Positions 28,411 to 43,065 of a stretch of 64,000 nt of DNA are shown one piece after another (positions within the stretch are counted from its first letter, which is position 1; every line of letters starts with the position of its first letter). Made by a program: the position numbers and the translations under genes. The notes beneath the pieces are model-generated. The model saw only the letters and a list, made by a program, of their open reading frames with translations. It did not search any database and was not told the origin of the DNA. Source of the stretch: Octopus vulgaris (Eukaryota); NCBI GenBank assembly GCA_951406725.2, contig OX597817.1, positions 135,036,001 through 135,100,000 on the forward strand, read 5' to 3'.

Positions 28411-28538
28411 TAGTGGTCAGTGTAATTAAATTCCTGTGGTCATTATAATTATCTCATCAGTGGTCAACGTAATAGTTTAATAGTGATCAGTGTCATTAAC
28501 TTGATATGGTCAGTGCAATTAACTTGAAGTGACCAATA
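28411..28538. repeat. Degenerate 23-bp minisatellite, ~5.5 units
   Basis: Units ~AGTGGTCAGTGTAATTAACTTGA at 28411, 28434, 28458, 28481, 28504, 28527. Confidence 0.8.
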
Positions 28539-28763
28539 CTTACCCAAGTCACAAACGAAACTAAACTTCCACCTTCAAATTAACACAAATACAAAGACAT
28601 TCTCATTTTCGCCAACATAAATCTGTGAAACAAAGGAAAAACTGGAGTCAACAGGTGAGTCTCTAAGGTGAGTCACCACAATACCCTTCAAATTACACCC
28701 TAGAGTCTTAATAAAATTAAATAAAATTAAAACTGTAGTCGTAAATACATTATGTTTGGAATA

Positions 28764-29001
28764 CAGCAATCCCTCGCCATATCGTGGTTCATATATCGCG
28801 GTTCACCCATCACAGTTTTTTACTTCAGCTTACGTCGATTACTCTGTGGCGTTGTTTTGCATTTATTATAAAATAAATATATACAAATTATAAAAATAGT
28901 AATAAATAAATAAATATATATACAGTACAGTACTGTTTCTCCTTCGCGGATTTTCACCTATCGCGGTTGGTTTTGGAACGGCGATAGTCGAGGGGTCACT
29001 G
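28764..29001. mobile_element. pogo/Tigger-like MITE
   Basis: TA|CAGCAATCCCTCG ... CGAGGGGTCACTG|TA termini; internal ATCGCGGTT repeats typical of Tigger-like MITEs. Confidence 0.75.
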
Positions 29002-29132
29002 TATAACAAAACTCGATTCTCCTGGAGGAACGGCCATTAATCATAGGTTAATTCCATCGGGGCTTAGCTGAACAAACAAACAACAAGAAAAACAACAAAA
29101 GCGGATCCCGTTATTGTGTTCTTTTCTACTCT

Positions 29133-29461
29133 AGGCGGCGGCGGCGGTGGTGGTGGTGGTGGCGGCGGCGGTTGTGGTGATGGTGGTGGTGGTGGCGGTG
29201 GTGGTGGTGGTGGTGGATATGGTGGTGGCGGCGGCGGCGGTGGTGGTGGTGGTGGCGGCGGCGGTTGTGGTGATGGTGGTGGTGGTGGCGGTGGTGGTGC
29301 TGGTGGTGGTGGCGGCGGCGGCGGTGGTGGTGGTGGTGGTGGTGGTGGTGGTGGTGGCGGCGGTGGTGATAGTGGTGGTGGTGGTGGTGGTGTTGGTGTT
29401 CGTTGTGGTGGTGGTGGTGGTGTTGGTGGTGGTGGTGGAGGTGATGGTAGTGGTGGTGGTA
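29133..29461. repeat. (GGT/GGC)n tract
   Basis: Directly visible; the poly-Gly and poly-Pro ORFs derive from it. Confidence 0.9.
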
Positions 29462-29930
29462 GGTGTGTATATGTGTGTGCGTGTGTGTATGTAGCGTTCA
29501 TAACATTGTACTTTAGACATTCACATCGCCTGGTTTTCACTCTTGCATGCTAAAACAAATACTTTATCTTCTCCCAGCCGCTGCTTGTTGTTGTCGCTGA
29601 TTCGTGTGAAATTTGCATAGAACAGAAATGTTTCATATCTCCCTATTTTCTTTTATCGTCTTTATGTTTGCTGGTTCAATGATTTCTTTTTTTTTTTTAA
29701 TTTTTTTTCTTTTTCTTTTTAATTTTTTGCATGAAATTTTCAATGGAATTTTAGACGGATCCCAGTTTTGTTTCAAATCACTAACGAAGCTTCTTTCAAT
29801 ATTTTCAGTCACATCAAAAACACTACTGCTGGGTCTTTGTTGAACTGTGGCCGATATTTGCTCATGACTCAACAGAAAACATCGTTCAACACTTCGAAAA
29901 CATCACGCACACACAGAGACACATACGCAT

Positions 29931-29973
<43 letters not shown>

Positions 29974-30019
29974 TGCGCACGAACTGCTACAGCCATTGGT
30001 AAGTATGCTTTCCTCACGG

Positions 30020-30210
30020 CTATCGTTAGCACACTGTGTAAAATGCTTAGCGGCATTTCTTCAAGTTCTGAGTTCAAATTCCGCCAGGGTCGACTTTGCC
30101 TTTCATCTTTTCGAGTCAATAAAATAAGTACCAGTTGAGCACTGGGGTTTATGTAATCAACTCATTCCCCTCCTCAAAAATTGCTGGCTTTGTTCCAAAA
30201 ATTGGAAACC
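30020..30210 (+). mobile_element. SINE family A with (ATT)n tail
   Basis: ATCGTTAGCAC..AAATGCTTAGCGGCATTTC..GTCGACTTTGCCTTTCATC..CTGGCTTTGTTCCAAAA. Confidence 0.8.
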
Positions 30211-30266
<56 letters not shown>

Positions 30267-30291
30267 CATTATTATTATTATTATTATTATT

Positions 30292-30832
30292 GAGTGAGTG
30301 AGTGAGAGAGCAGTGCATGCCATCAAAGTGACACTGGGGTAAAATATAAGAAGCCCAGTATACCCACCATGACTACCCGTCTGATAAGGGTACACTAGGC
30401 ACATGCATCACAACCATATGTGCGCGACATGGTGATCTCATATCAAGATAAACAGCACATGACCTTGCAGGTGGGGCCCAGTTTGAATTTTCTTCTGGTC
30501 GAATAACCCATCCCGCTCAAAAGGTCCTTGAATAAAGGTTGTTTCAGGATGCTGAATGAATTACTCAAATCCCAAAGAATCCCTCTCAACACACGGTTAT
30601 GATGCTCTCCCACTACTTCTGCTCGTGATCAGAGATGCACATAACGTCAGACACTAAGGGACATGGTCAACTGGTTAAGGTCAAACAACTGACAAGCAAA
30701 TTTGTGGTATTGAGCAGAATATTTGCTGTAGCCCATCTTTTATACCAAGACAAAACAATGCACATGATAACAATTCCAGTCAGTTAAGATCAGAAGCCAT
30801 GAGAGCCACTGCCTGGTACTGCATCAAGGCAG
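30292..30832. mobile_element. Unclassified ~540-bp element embedded in (ATT)n
   Basis: Complex non-coding block with sharp edges and (ATT)n on both sides, same strand. Confidence 0.5.
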
Positions 30833-30837
30833 TATTA

Positions 30838-30907
<70 letters not shown>

Positions 30908-30909
30908 CA

Positions 30910-30968
<59 letters not shown>

Positions 30969-31116
30969 GATAGATAGATAGATAACGTTTCGGTCATAAT
31001 TAGCCCAGGTCTTAGCTAACTTAATAGCACCACCAGGAAAACACGTGTAATTATGTGTGGTATAGCAATCATTCTTCCACCAATCTACCAACAAACCGTA
31101 AATAAATTATTAACAT

Positions 31117-31238
31117 AGGCGCAGACGTGGCTATCTGGTAAGAAGCTTACTTCCTAGCTACATGGTTCCGGGTTCAGATCCATTGCGTGGCAACTTGTCC
31201 AAGTGATTTCTGCTATATCTCCGAGCGATCAAAACCTT
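31117..31238 (+). mobile_element. SINE family B 5' part
   Basis: GGCGCAG..GTGGCT..TGGTAAGAAGCTT..CATGGTTCCGGGTTCAG. Confidence 0.7.
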
Positions 31239-31737
31239 TTGACGAGATTCACGCCGACTGTCACGTTTGGAAATGTTGATGACTCTTCAGACATTCTTGC
31301 CTGAAGCACTTCTAGTCAGCATCTTTGACGAGACGTCAATATTTACAAATGAAAAGCTGGCGTGAAACCGTCGGCAACATTCTAACCAGATATATGCTAG
31401 AATCTGTAAAATACTGCTCGATAATGTAAAAAAATAACTATTCGGCTTTTCTTTTAGGTTTTGCTTTTTTCGGACTTACGAACGAATATTAGTGTATGGG
31501 GGGGGGCGAGCCTGAATTGTGTGGTAGGCGTATGGCGCGTGGCCTCAACATTGAATGGATTCGAAATCTGATGTTAGGGTCTTTCTGGCAATGCTTATGG
31601 TATACTCTTCACATTGTGCAAATAATGTAGAGCTCACGGCGGCGCTGGAAAGAATAAAGATTCAATGTTTTAAGGCGGTCTTTCAGCTTTCATCAGGTGT
31701 CTTGAACCTGGGTTTTCACTCCTAAGGTATTTTTCAA

Positions 31738-31770
<33 letters not shown>

Positions 31771-31775
31771 CATTA

Positions 31776-31843
31776 TTCAGATCACTGCCTGGAATCGAAC
31801 TCGGAATCTTGGGGTTAGTAACCCGCGCTCTTAACCACTACGC

Positions 31844-31848
<5 letters not shown>
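31776..31848 (-). mobile_element. Short tRNA-derived SINE / tRNA pseudogene with (TAA)n tail
   Basis: Minus GTATGGCGTAGTGGTTAAGAGCGCGGGTTACTAACCCCAAGATTCCGAGTTCGATTCCAGGCAG; boxes A and B present, no proper acceptor stem. Confidence 0.7.
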
Positions 31849-31933
<85 letters not shown>

Positions 31934-31949
31934 CATAAATGGAGGTCTC

Positions 31950-32347
31950 AAAAGTGAGAGACGGGACTAACTAGCACCGCTTTTGCTAAAAATAGGAGTT
32001 TAAACAACTCAAAAACCACAAAACCACTATCTTCATTACTGACAAAGGGAGCTAAGTCCCCAGCGTACATAGTCGTGTCTGGATTTCGGATTTTGATGTA
32101 GATTATCATAATCCTCGTCAGCGACTCATAACGCCTAGGGTTAAACTCAACTTCTCTGTCAGTCTTATAAGTAAATCCGCTGAAAATGGTAAAATTTCGA
32201 AATGGTATTAGTGTAAACAACAAATTAAGACGGTTGGCTTATTAGCAATTGAATAAAAGCAAAATTGATAGAAGCAGCAAAAGTGACAGAGGGTATTGCC
32301 TAGCACTACTTTCGCTAAAAACAAGAGTTAAAACAACTCAAAAGCCA
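31950..32347 (-). mobile_element. PLE terminal repeat / retrozyme-like unit with partial direct repeat and hammerhead core
   Basis: ~69-bp direct repeat 31950-32018 / 32279-32347 (period ~329 bp); hammerhead-like core at 32126-32071. Confidence 0.55.
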
Positions 32348-32410
32348 ACTTTATTAATGTTGCCTTTACGTTCTAATTGCTACTAAATCACACTTTGAAA
32401 TTTGTTACAT

Positions 32411-32639
<229 letters not shown>

Positions 32640-32863
32640 TAATTATCTCTTTTAATAATTTTGATATATATTTAAATAATATAAATTAATTAATCTTATG
32701 TATTGGATTAGGTTTTTCATTGTATGATTTGCCTAATAGTGGTTTTATCTCTAATTTAATATAATATAATATTTTACTATAAAATTGGATTCAATCCTAA
32801 ATCTGATTTTTCCCTGTAAGTTTGGATTTATTCCCTAATATTTTATTATATATATATATATAT

Positions 32864-33253
32864 ATGCAACTAAACGAGTGAAAATTTGAGCTGATACATT
32901 TGGGAAGAAAGACTATACTTAAGCAGCCATACTCTCTTCCTTCAGAACCACTCCCAGCATCTAATAATATCAGAGACCTAGGTGTAATTGTTGATAACAA
33001 TCTCAGTTGGAGTGCCCACATCAACAATACGGTGGTTATAGCTCGTAGGATAAGCTTCTGGATCCTAAGACCCTTCCGGTCCAGAGAACAAGGTGTCAGA
33101 ATTCCACTTTTTCCCTCCTTTGTACGACCACAACTCGAATACTGCTGCCTCCTGTGGTCTCCGCATGCAAAACAAAACATCTCGAAAATTGAATCACTCC
33201 AGAGGGCATTCACTAAACGAATTAAGGGCATGACTGATCTTGATTACTGGGAT
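32864..33253 (+). pseudogene. CR1-group LINE RT C-terminal fragment
   Basis: IRDLGVIVDNNLSWSAHI...FVRPQLEYCCLLWSPH...IESLQRAFTKRIKGMTDLDYWD contains the classic CR1/Jockey-group motifs. Confidence 0.9.
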
Positions 33254-34465
33254 CTGTGCCATTCTTTTATGTAGACTGTTTTCTGTTTGGCCTATGTATT
33301 GCTCTTGACACCCAGAGTAGGTTAGTGCATATATCAGGTTCTCCGAAGCACATGTAAAGTTGCTTTTCACTGTGAAACGTTGTCCCTGTTTGAAGGAGAA
33401 ATCTGCTCACTCAATTAAATTGACGCATAGCCCACAGTTGGGTCTTCCGCATTTTTTACCGATGGCTTCTGTGTTGTTGTTGAGCGTATTCGGGCTTGTA
33501 TTAGGAGAATTTTCATAGATTTCGGCTGTCTCTTGCTTTTAATGATGGTGTGTGTTTGGAGGATTAAGTTCATTCTGTGGTCCTTTTTTAGCAGGGGTAT
33601 GTTTTGGAGGATGGTGTCGTAGGCTTCATTGTTGAGAGGGTTGTGTGTGGAGATGTATGGTAGGGCTGTTGATTGTAAATCCGTCTTTAATTTGGGATGT
33701 CTGAGTTCTTGGATGTTGAGTTGAAGGGCACGTTGAAAGCGTATGTCAATTAGTGAAAGTGGGTAGTTGCTAGTGATGAGTGTATCCTTTAGTTCATGTA
33801 ATCGTGTGTCTATGGTGTTTGCATTAGAATCTATAGTACATATCCTTTCGCTAGGTTGAAGGGTATATTCATTCTGGTGTGTCTGGGGTGGCAAGAATTG
33901 AATGGTAGATATTGCTTGGAGTCCGTAGGCTTATAGTATATATCTGTTTCTATTCTGTTGTTAGATTTCTTAATGAGGATGTCGAGGAAGGGGAGTTGTT
34001 GCTGGCTATATTCCATCGTGAATTGAAGGTTTACGTCAAGTCCATTTAAAAGTGCTTGTAATTCTTTAAGTTTCTCTATATTTTCATGCCGAAGAATCAA
34101 ACAGTCATCCAGGTATCTCTTCTAGTTATTTTCTATGTAGAGAGAGAAAGGGCTGCCGTATTTTTCTAGAACCATACGATAAAGGCTAATTTCTAGATAT
34201 CCCATGACTAGGTTAGCAAAGGAGGAGGGCCATTCTCGTACCCATCGCAGTCCCCGATTTTTGTCGATAGAAGTTGTCTTTGAAGGCGAAGTAGTTGTTT
34301 TCCAGGATGAATTTTAGCCCTTCTATCACGAATTCTTTTTTGATGCGATGTGGGAGTTCGTTGGCGTTATTCTCTAGCTAGAATTGAATTGCCTCTATTC
34401 CTAGGTTGTGAGGGATATTGGAATAGAGAATCACTACATCGAAGGGTACTAGTAGGGTGTTTTCG
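33254..34465 (-). pseudogene. Penelope-like element, Neptune-type (RT + Cys linker + GIY-YIG), frameshifted
   Basis: FDVVILYSNIP; YRQKIGTAMG; RYLDD; LPFLDILI; IYYKPTD..YL.FNSCHP; linker CGRPNCGLC; FTCASENLIYALTYSGCQEQYIGQT; several stops and frameshifts. Confidence 0.92.
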
Positions 34466-34663
34466 TGTATATATATATAGATAGATAGATAGATAGATAG
34501 ATAGGTAGATAGATAGATAGATAGATATAGATATAGATATAGATATACACACACACACACTAGGCTTACAAATAATGAATCCTGATGTCGATTTGATCGA
34601 CTAAAGGCGGCGCTCCAGCATGGCCGCACTCAAATGACTGCAACAAATAACAGAATAAAAGAG

Positions 34664-34830
<167 letters not shown>

Positions 34831-35071
34831 GTGTATGCTTATGTAGGAAGCGTAATAATGTGTATGTATGGATGTATATGTATAGGTGTACAGTTAGTGA
34901 GAGTGTTTGACTAAGTAATAAAGCTGGTAAATATTAAATGTGCAAATTCCGTTTGCGCACATTTATAAATAAATATTTGGTGTCTGCGAGAATCTGTGAA
35001 CATGTGTGTGTGTGCTACACAAAGTATAGATGTGCACTAACGAACACACGAACAAACACCATATCCCCCTT

Positions 35072-35191
<120 letters not shown>

Positions 35192-35283
35192 AGATAGAGA
35201 GAGAGAGATTGGTAGATAGATAGATAGATAGATAGATATAGATATATGTGTGTGTATACATATATACATATATATATATGTAT

Positions 35284-35368
<85 letters not shown>

Positions 35369-35369
35369 C

Positions 35370-35436
<67 letters not shown>

Positions 35437-35560
35437 CATACACAGCCAGACGATGTGATAGAGAGGATATACATACAAAACGCGTTGACTGTGTGCGTGT
35501 GGCTGTGAATGGACGTATCTCTCCATCTCTTCAAGTAAGCACGATGTATATATGTGTATA

Positions 35561-35612
<52 letters not shown>

Positions 35613-36057
35613 CGCGCGTGCGTGTCTATGTATGTTGTTGGAATTGTGAGCTATATCTTTGACAAAAAAAACTTCCACCAAAACACCAGCAACAAAGTCA
35701 ACGAAAACAGAAGCAGCAGCAACAACAACAACAACAACAACAACAACAAAATAACAATAATCACAACAATAACAGCAACAGTAACAGCAACGATACCTAC
35801 AGCACCAGGAAGAACATCAACAACAACAACAGCAACAGCAACAATAACAGCTACAACTGCAGGAAAATAGCATCTATGGCTTTGTATTCCAAATCATTGC
35901 AGACAACAAGGAATCGAATTTAATATTTAACACTTTTTTGTTTATATTTTATTGTGTATATTATTGTTTCATTGTTGCTTTGGTAGTTGTTGTTGCTATT
36001 ATTATTGTTTTTGTTTCATTTTATTATAATTGTCGCTGTTTTATTTATTCATTCATC

Positions 36058-36092
<35 letters not shown>

Positions 36093-36428
36093 TACGTTCA
36101 AATTCAGCCGAGGTCGACTTTGCCTTTCATCGACTTTGCCTTTCGGGGGTCGATAAATTAAGTACCAGTTACGCACTAGGGTCGATATAATCGACTTAAT
36201 CCGTTTCTCTGTCCTTGTTTGTCTTCTCTGTGTTTAGCTCCTTGTGGGTAGTGAAGAAATAGGTATTTCGTCTGCCGCTACGTTCTGAGTTCAAATTCCT
36301 CCTAGGTCGACTTTTGCCTTCCATCCTTTCGGGAGTCGAAAAGTCAATTACCAGTTGCATACTGGGGTCGATCTAATCGACTGACACCCTCCCCACAAAT
36401 TCCAGGCCTTCTACCTTTAATAGAAAGG
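36093..36428 (+). mobile_element. SINE family A dimer with (ATT)n tail
   Basis: Two central domains; junction AAGAAATA/GGTATTTCGTC at 36261/2. Confidence 0.85.
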
Positions 36429-36554
<126 letters not shown>

Positions 36555-37135
36555 TTTCATTCTTGTAGTGTCAATGACATGAGTACCAGTTGAACACCGG
36601 GGTCGATGTAATCGACTCACGCCCCCACCCGAAACTGCTCGCTTGTTTGTTTCGCTTTTTCACATTTAATTTCGTTATATGATAATATATCATTATTGTA
36701 TTATATTATACGATATATTATATTGTATTATATTGTATTACGAGATGTGTGTGTGTATTTATGTATGCGTGTGTGTGTGTGTGCTCGTGTATCTGCCTGT
36801 TCCAATATACTCCCCCATCATCTTGTTCCAGTGAAATACCAACCAAAATTGGAGCAGTGGAATATTCTATATATTATACATTCCAGCGATTTTTCCAATT
36901 TCAAACATGCCTTCCTTTTATATCTAGAAGAAAAAAATAGATATATTTCTATATAAATAGTTTAGATTTAAGTCTTTGGAGAAAAGCATGGTGATCACAC
37001 ACACACAAATACACATATATACATATATATTTATGTATGTATATATGTATATAAATATATATATGTATATGTTAATACACACACACACATACACACACAC
37101 ACATATATATATATATATGTATACATATATAAATA

Positions 37136-37167
<32 letters not shown>

Positions 37168-37331
37168 ATATATTTCGGCAGTTTGTCTGTGCGTGTATCT
37201 GTGTGCCTGTTTTCTAGTACCGTTTATACCAAAGCTGTCATGCGATGTGTAATGAAACTTGTACACATATAGCCCATATGTCATAATATCAAATACTATA
37301 TAGCGATATATATATGAATAGTTCCCCCAGT

Positions 37332-37539
37332 TCTGATATATATAAATTCGACATGGGGTCGAGATATCAGAAACCAAACCACGGACCGTCTAGGGGACGC
37401 AACTCCACCTTTTTTAACTCTCAAAAAATTTACCATCATTTTTTTCCCATTTTTTTGCTATTTTTTGGCTATAACTCTCTAAAAATGCTTTATAGTTATT
37501 TCCCTTACAAACCTGAGCAACGCCGGGCGATACTGCTAG
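37332..37539 (+). mobile_element. Non-autonomous Helitron-like element (3' end clear)
   Basis: 3' hairpin CCTGAGCAACGCCGGG, 8 nt, then CTAG|T at 37536-40; putative 5' TC start at ~37332 is uncertain. Confidence 0.6.
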
Positions 37540-37641
37540 TATATATATATATATCTGTGTGTGTGTGTCTGTATTTCGTGTGTGTATCAGCGTGTATAAG
37601 TAGCCATTGCTAGCCGTTTATATCAAAGTGTATGCGTGTGT

Positions 37642-37720
<79 letters not shown>

Positions 37721-38057
37721 GTGACAACTATGTTCACATGACAAGACATAATCACAGCCTACCTCCATAACTACAATCTCTCTTCTAGCAATTATATTAC
37801 GTGGAAACTAGACTTTCTTACTAGTCGCCGTCTTGTTTGTTCATCTCCTCGCATCTGTCTCTATAGTTGTGTGTGTGTGTGTGTGAATGAGAGAAAGAGA
37901 GAAGAAGGAAGAGAGGGGGGATGAAGCGTGTGATTGTGTGTGAGCGTGTGTGTGTGTGTGTGCATGTATATGTGCATGTATATGTGCAAGTTTACCAATG
38001 TAGTTTTTATATTGTTATATATATATATATATATTTCCATTCTTATACTGAATTCCC

Positions 38058-38105
<48 letters not shown>

Positions 38106-38356
38106 CATTAGTCTCTATCATCAATCGCTCCCTCTTTCCACACTTCCCTCTCTCATTCTCCCTCTCTTCCAACCGTCCTCTATTCTCTCTGTCTCTCTTT
38201 CTCCCTCTCTCTCTCTCTTTCTCACCCTCTGTCACTCTTCAATCCCTCTCCCTATCGCTTTCCCCTGCTCCGACACACTCTCCGTCCCTCCCTCGCTTTC
38301 TATCTCTCTCTCTCTATCACTCCCCCTTTCTCTCTCAGTCTTCTTTTAATTATATA

Positions 38357-38717
38357 CTCTTTTACTCTTTACTCTTTTACTTGTTTCAGTCATTTGACTG
38401 CGGCCATGCTGGAGCACCACCTTTTAGTACTTATTCTATCGGTCTCTTTTTGCCGAACCGCTAAAGTGACGGGGACATAAACACACCAGCATCGGTTGTC
38501 AAGCAATGCTAGGGGGACAAACACAGACACACAAACACACAAATACATATATACGACAGGCTTCTTTCAGTTTCCGTCTACCAAATCCACTCACAAGGCA
38601 TTGGTCGGCCCGGGGCTATAGCAGAAGACACTTGCCCAAGATGCCACGCAGTGGGACTGAACCCGCAACCGTGTGATTGGTTAGCAAGCTACTTACCACA
38701 CAGCCACTCCTGCGCCT
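38357..38717 (-). mobile_element. SINE family B, near full length
   Basis: Minus: GGCGCAGGAGTGGCTGTGTGGTAAG head, GGTTCAGTCCC box B-like, CTTGGGCAAGTG core, internal simple repeat, (AAAAGAGT)n tail. Confidence 0.9.
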
Positions 38718-38759
38718 ATCTCATTAATTTTCATATAATTTTTCTCCTCATTCAAAAAC

Positions 38760-39160
<401 letters not shown>

Positions 39161-39180
39161 CCAATGTCGCCCTTGTCCGC

Positions 39181-39214
<34 letters not shown>

Positions 39215-39793
39215 CTGATTAACTTTATTATTTTCCCTCTTCCTCTTTCCTTCCTTCATCCTTTCATTCACGTTTCCCTCACAATTTCTTCGTCTTTTCC
39301 TTCCATCTCCAACTTCTCACCCGATCTCCTTCTCTTAATCTTCTCTTCTTCTTCCCTCCCTCTTTCTTTCCTTCTCCATCACTTCTCTTCACTCACACCA
39401 CTCTCGTTCACACACACTTTCTCTCTCTCCCTCTCTCCCTCTCTCTCTCTCACTCACTCTCACTTTTACTCTTTCTTTATCACCCAGTTATTGCTTTCCT
39501 ATATTTCTCTCAAATCACCGCTCCTCTTTCGAAGTTCTTATTTATTTCTTCACCCTCTCCTTTCCACATCCTCTCTCTCTCTCCCTCTATTTCCTCCTCT
39601 CTCTCAATCTCTCTTTCTCTTTTCTTTCTTTATTCCTTGCCTCTGTCTTCTCTCTGCCTATTTTTCTCTCATCAATATCCTATATTTATCAGATGTTTCG
39701 TATTCAATCCATCTATATATTACAATTTCTGTTATCCATCTATGTAACTTCTACTTCTCTCCTTCTCTCTCTCTCTATCTATCTATCTCTCTT

Positions 39794-39834
<41 letters not shown>

Positions 39835-40016
39835 TTTTTCTCTTCCTTTCACTCACTTCTTCTCTCTCTCTCTCTCTCTCTCTCACCCATTTTATCTCTC
39901 TCTTTTTCTGTACCGCTTCCCCGCATTATCTCTCTCACCCACTCATTCACTCTCTCTTCCTGTATGTATATATATATATATATATATATATAGCATGTAT
40001 ACTCATATACACACAG

Positions 40017-40074
<58 letters not shown>

Positions 40075-40150
40075 GTCATATATACATATACATATATAAA
40101 TATATATAAATACATACATATGTTTATGTATATGTATACACACACACACC

Positions 40151-40183
<33 letters not shown>

Positions 40184-40892
40184 CAATAAACAGCAACAGA
40201 CAGCTACAAAGCGTAAATTGACTCAAACACAAATTCTGTTGCACACATACACCACACACGCACACACACTCACACACATACACACATACACACACACATA
40301 CACACACGTATACACACGTACACACACACACACACACACACACATACACACACATATATATATATGCATACAACGCACTTAACCACACACATAACTACAT
40401 ACATAGCTACACACAGCCGAATACACATACACAGTGGGTGTTTGTGTGAGTGCGCGTGTGTGCTTGTATGTATATATGTATATATGTACGTATGTATGTA
40501 TGTATGTATTTATGTATGTATGTATGTATGTATGTCAATATAAGCATCATATTTAGAAATATAAGTTATGTGTTACCTGCGAGAAGGTCAGGCCGCTTTG
40601 AAATCTTGATGGAGTCCGCATGTATGTATATTTGCTAAAACAGTATATTTATTTATACAAAATATTTACTTACAAACACCCACACACCTCCTTCTTCGAG
40701 AAAACCTGAATGTATGGAAAAACACGCTCACAAACTTACGAAAGCACACAATCCGATATTACACAGGCATCGGTTTTTCCAATATATCAATATTTCTACG
40801 CATACATTCATATACATACATGCATATATATATGTATATATATATATATATGAGTATTTGTGAGCGTACGTATATATGCATATAATATATAT

Positions 40893-41431
<539 letters not shown>

Positions 41432-41433
41432 TG

Positions 41434-41574
<141 letters not shown>

Positions 41575-41823
41575 TTTCATATATTAATGTTTGTTTTTTT
41601 ATGTTCAGTTATAGTAAAAGCAATTTTACATTAATCTGATGGGTTACTCTATACTTTTGTAGAGTAGCGCTATTATTATTCTTTAATAAGAATATTATTG
41701 ATAGTAATAGCCTAACGATGGGTCGCCTGATCGAAACTTCGAAGTTTCTGTCAAAAACATTCTTATTTAAGAATAATTGACATATATGTATACATATACG
41801 TGTGCATATGTATGTATATATAT

Positions 41824-42192
41824 GAGTGGCTGTGTGGTAAGTAGCTTGTTTACCAACCACATGGTTCCGGGTTCAGTCCCACTGCGTGGCGCCTTGGGCA
41901 AAGCCTTGTGAGTGGATTTGGTAGACGGAAACTGAAAAGAAGCCCGTTGTATATATGTATATATGTATATATACGTGTGTGTGTTTGTGTGTCTGTGTTT
42001 GTCCCCCTAGCATTGCTTGACAACCGATGCTGGTGTGTTTATGTCCCCGTTACTTAGCGGTTCGGCAAAAGAGACAGATAGAATAAGTACTGGGCTAACA
42101 ATAAGAATAAGTCCCGGGGTCGAGTTGCTCTATTAAAGGCGGTGCTCCAGCATGGCCGCAGTCAAATGACTGAAACAAGTAAAAGAGTAAAA
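41824..42192 (+). mobile_element. SINE family B
   Basis: GAGTGGCTGTGTGGTAAG ... GGCCGCAGTCAAATGACTGAAACAAGTAAAAGAG. Confidence 0.9.
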
Positions 42193-42302
42193 TATATATA
42201 TATATATATATGCATTCGTATGGATATTTAGGGACTGGTTTCAGTGTGATATTTAAGTGTGTATAGATACCGTTGTGTGTGTATGTATCTATCAATTTAT
42301 AA

Positions 42303-42385
<83 letters not shown>

Positions 42386-42895
42386 CGTGCTTTTGTGTGT
42401 GTCTGTGTATGTGTGTGTGTGTGGGGGGGGGGGCGAGTATTTATTTTGTTATGCCAAAAAAACGTAAGTTATAAAGATCGTACAAGTCAATAGTTTTTAC
42501 CTGGCATTTCAGTCTTTCAGGGTTCGAATCAATTCTTCAGGAAATTTACGAATTGAAGGGGTTTTATAGGTGACTTTTCTGCTGAAGTCAGCTAACAACA
42601 GTTTTCCTCTGAAGTTGGCGTAACCCGGAAATATTGGAATACAAGCTAAAAGTACAAATCATCAACTTGCATTCTTTCTTGCAGCTTGCATTGTTTTAGC
42701 TAAAACAACACATAATAATTAAAATTACAATCATTTGTATACAGCAGACAATACATCATGCAAGCAATACTAATACATACATACATACATACATACAAAT
42801 ATACATACATATATACATACACACACACATACATGCATACACACATACATACATACAAACATACATACATACATACACACACATACATGCATACA

Positions 42896-42929
<34 letters not shown>

Positions 42930-43033
42930 CATACACACACACATACATGCATACACACATACTTACACATACAAACATACATACATACATACATACATAC
43001 ACACACACACAGATACATACATACATACATAGA

Positions 43034-43063
<30 letters not shown>

Positions 43064-43065
<2 letters not shown>

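Noticed and set aside
28411-28538. CRISPR-like regularly spaced repeats
   Set aside because: Contiguous degenerate tandem units without unique spacers, a eukaryotic context and no cas genes.
30790-30832. Minus-strand TGATGCAGT..GGCTCTCATGGC reminiscent of a twister ribozyme
   Set aside because: The complementary 3' twister elements (GCAGAG/P1 partner) were not found nearby.
31776-31848. Possible functional tRNA gene
   Set aside because: No acceptor stem pairing, odd ACT anticodon and a (TAA)n tail; this is SINE-like.
42495-42640. CTGAAGA/GAAA motifs on both strands
   Set aside because: Stem pairing is too poor to call.
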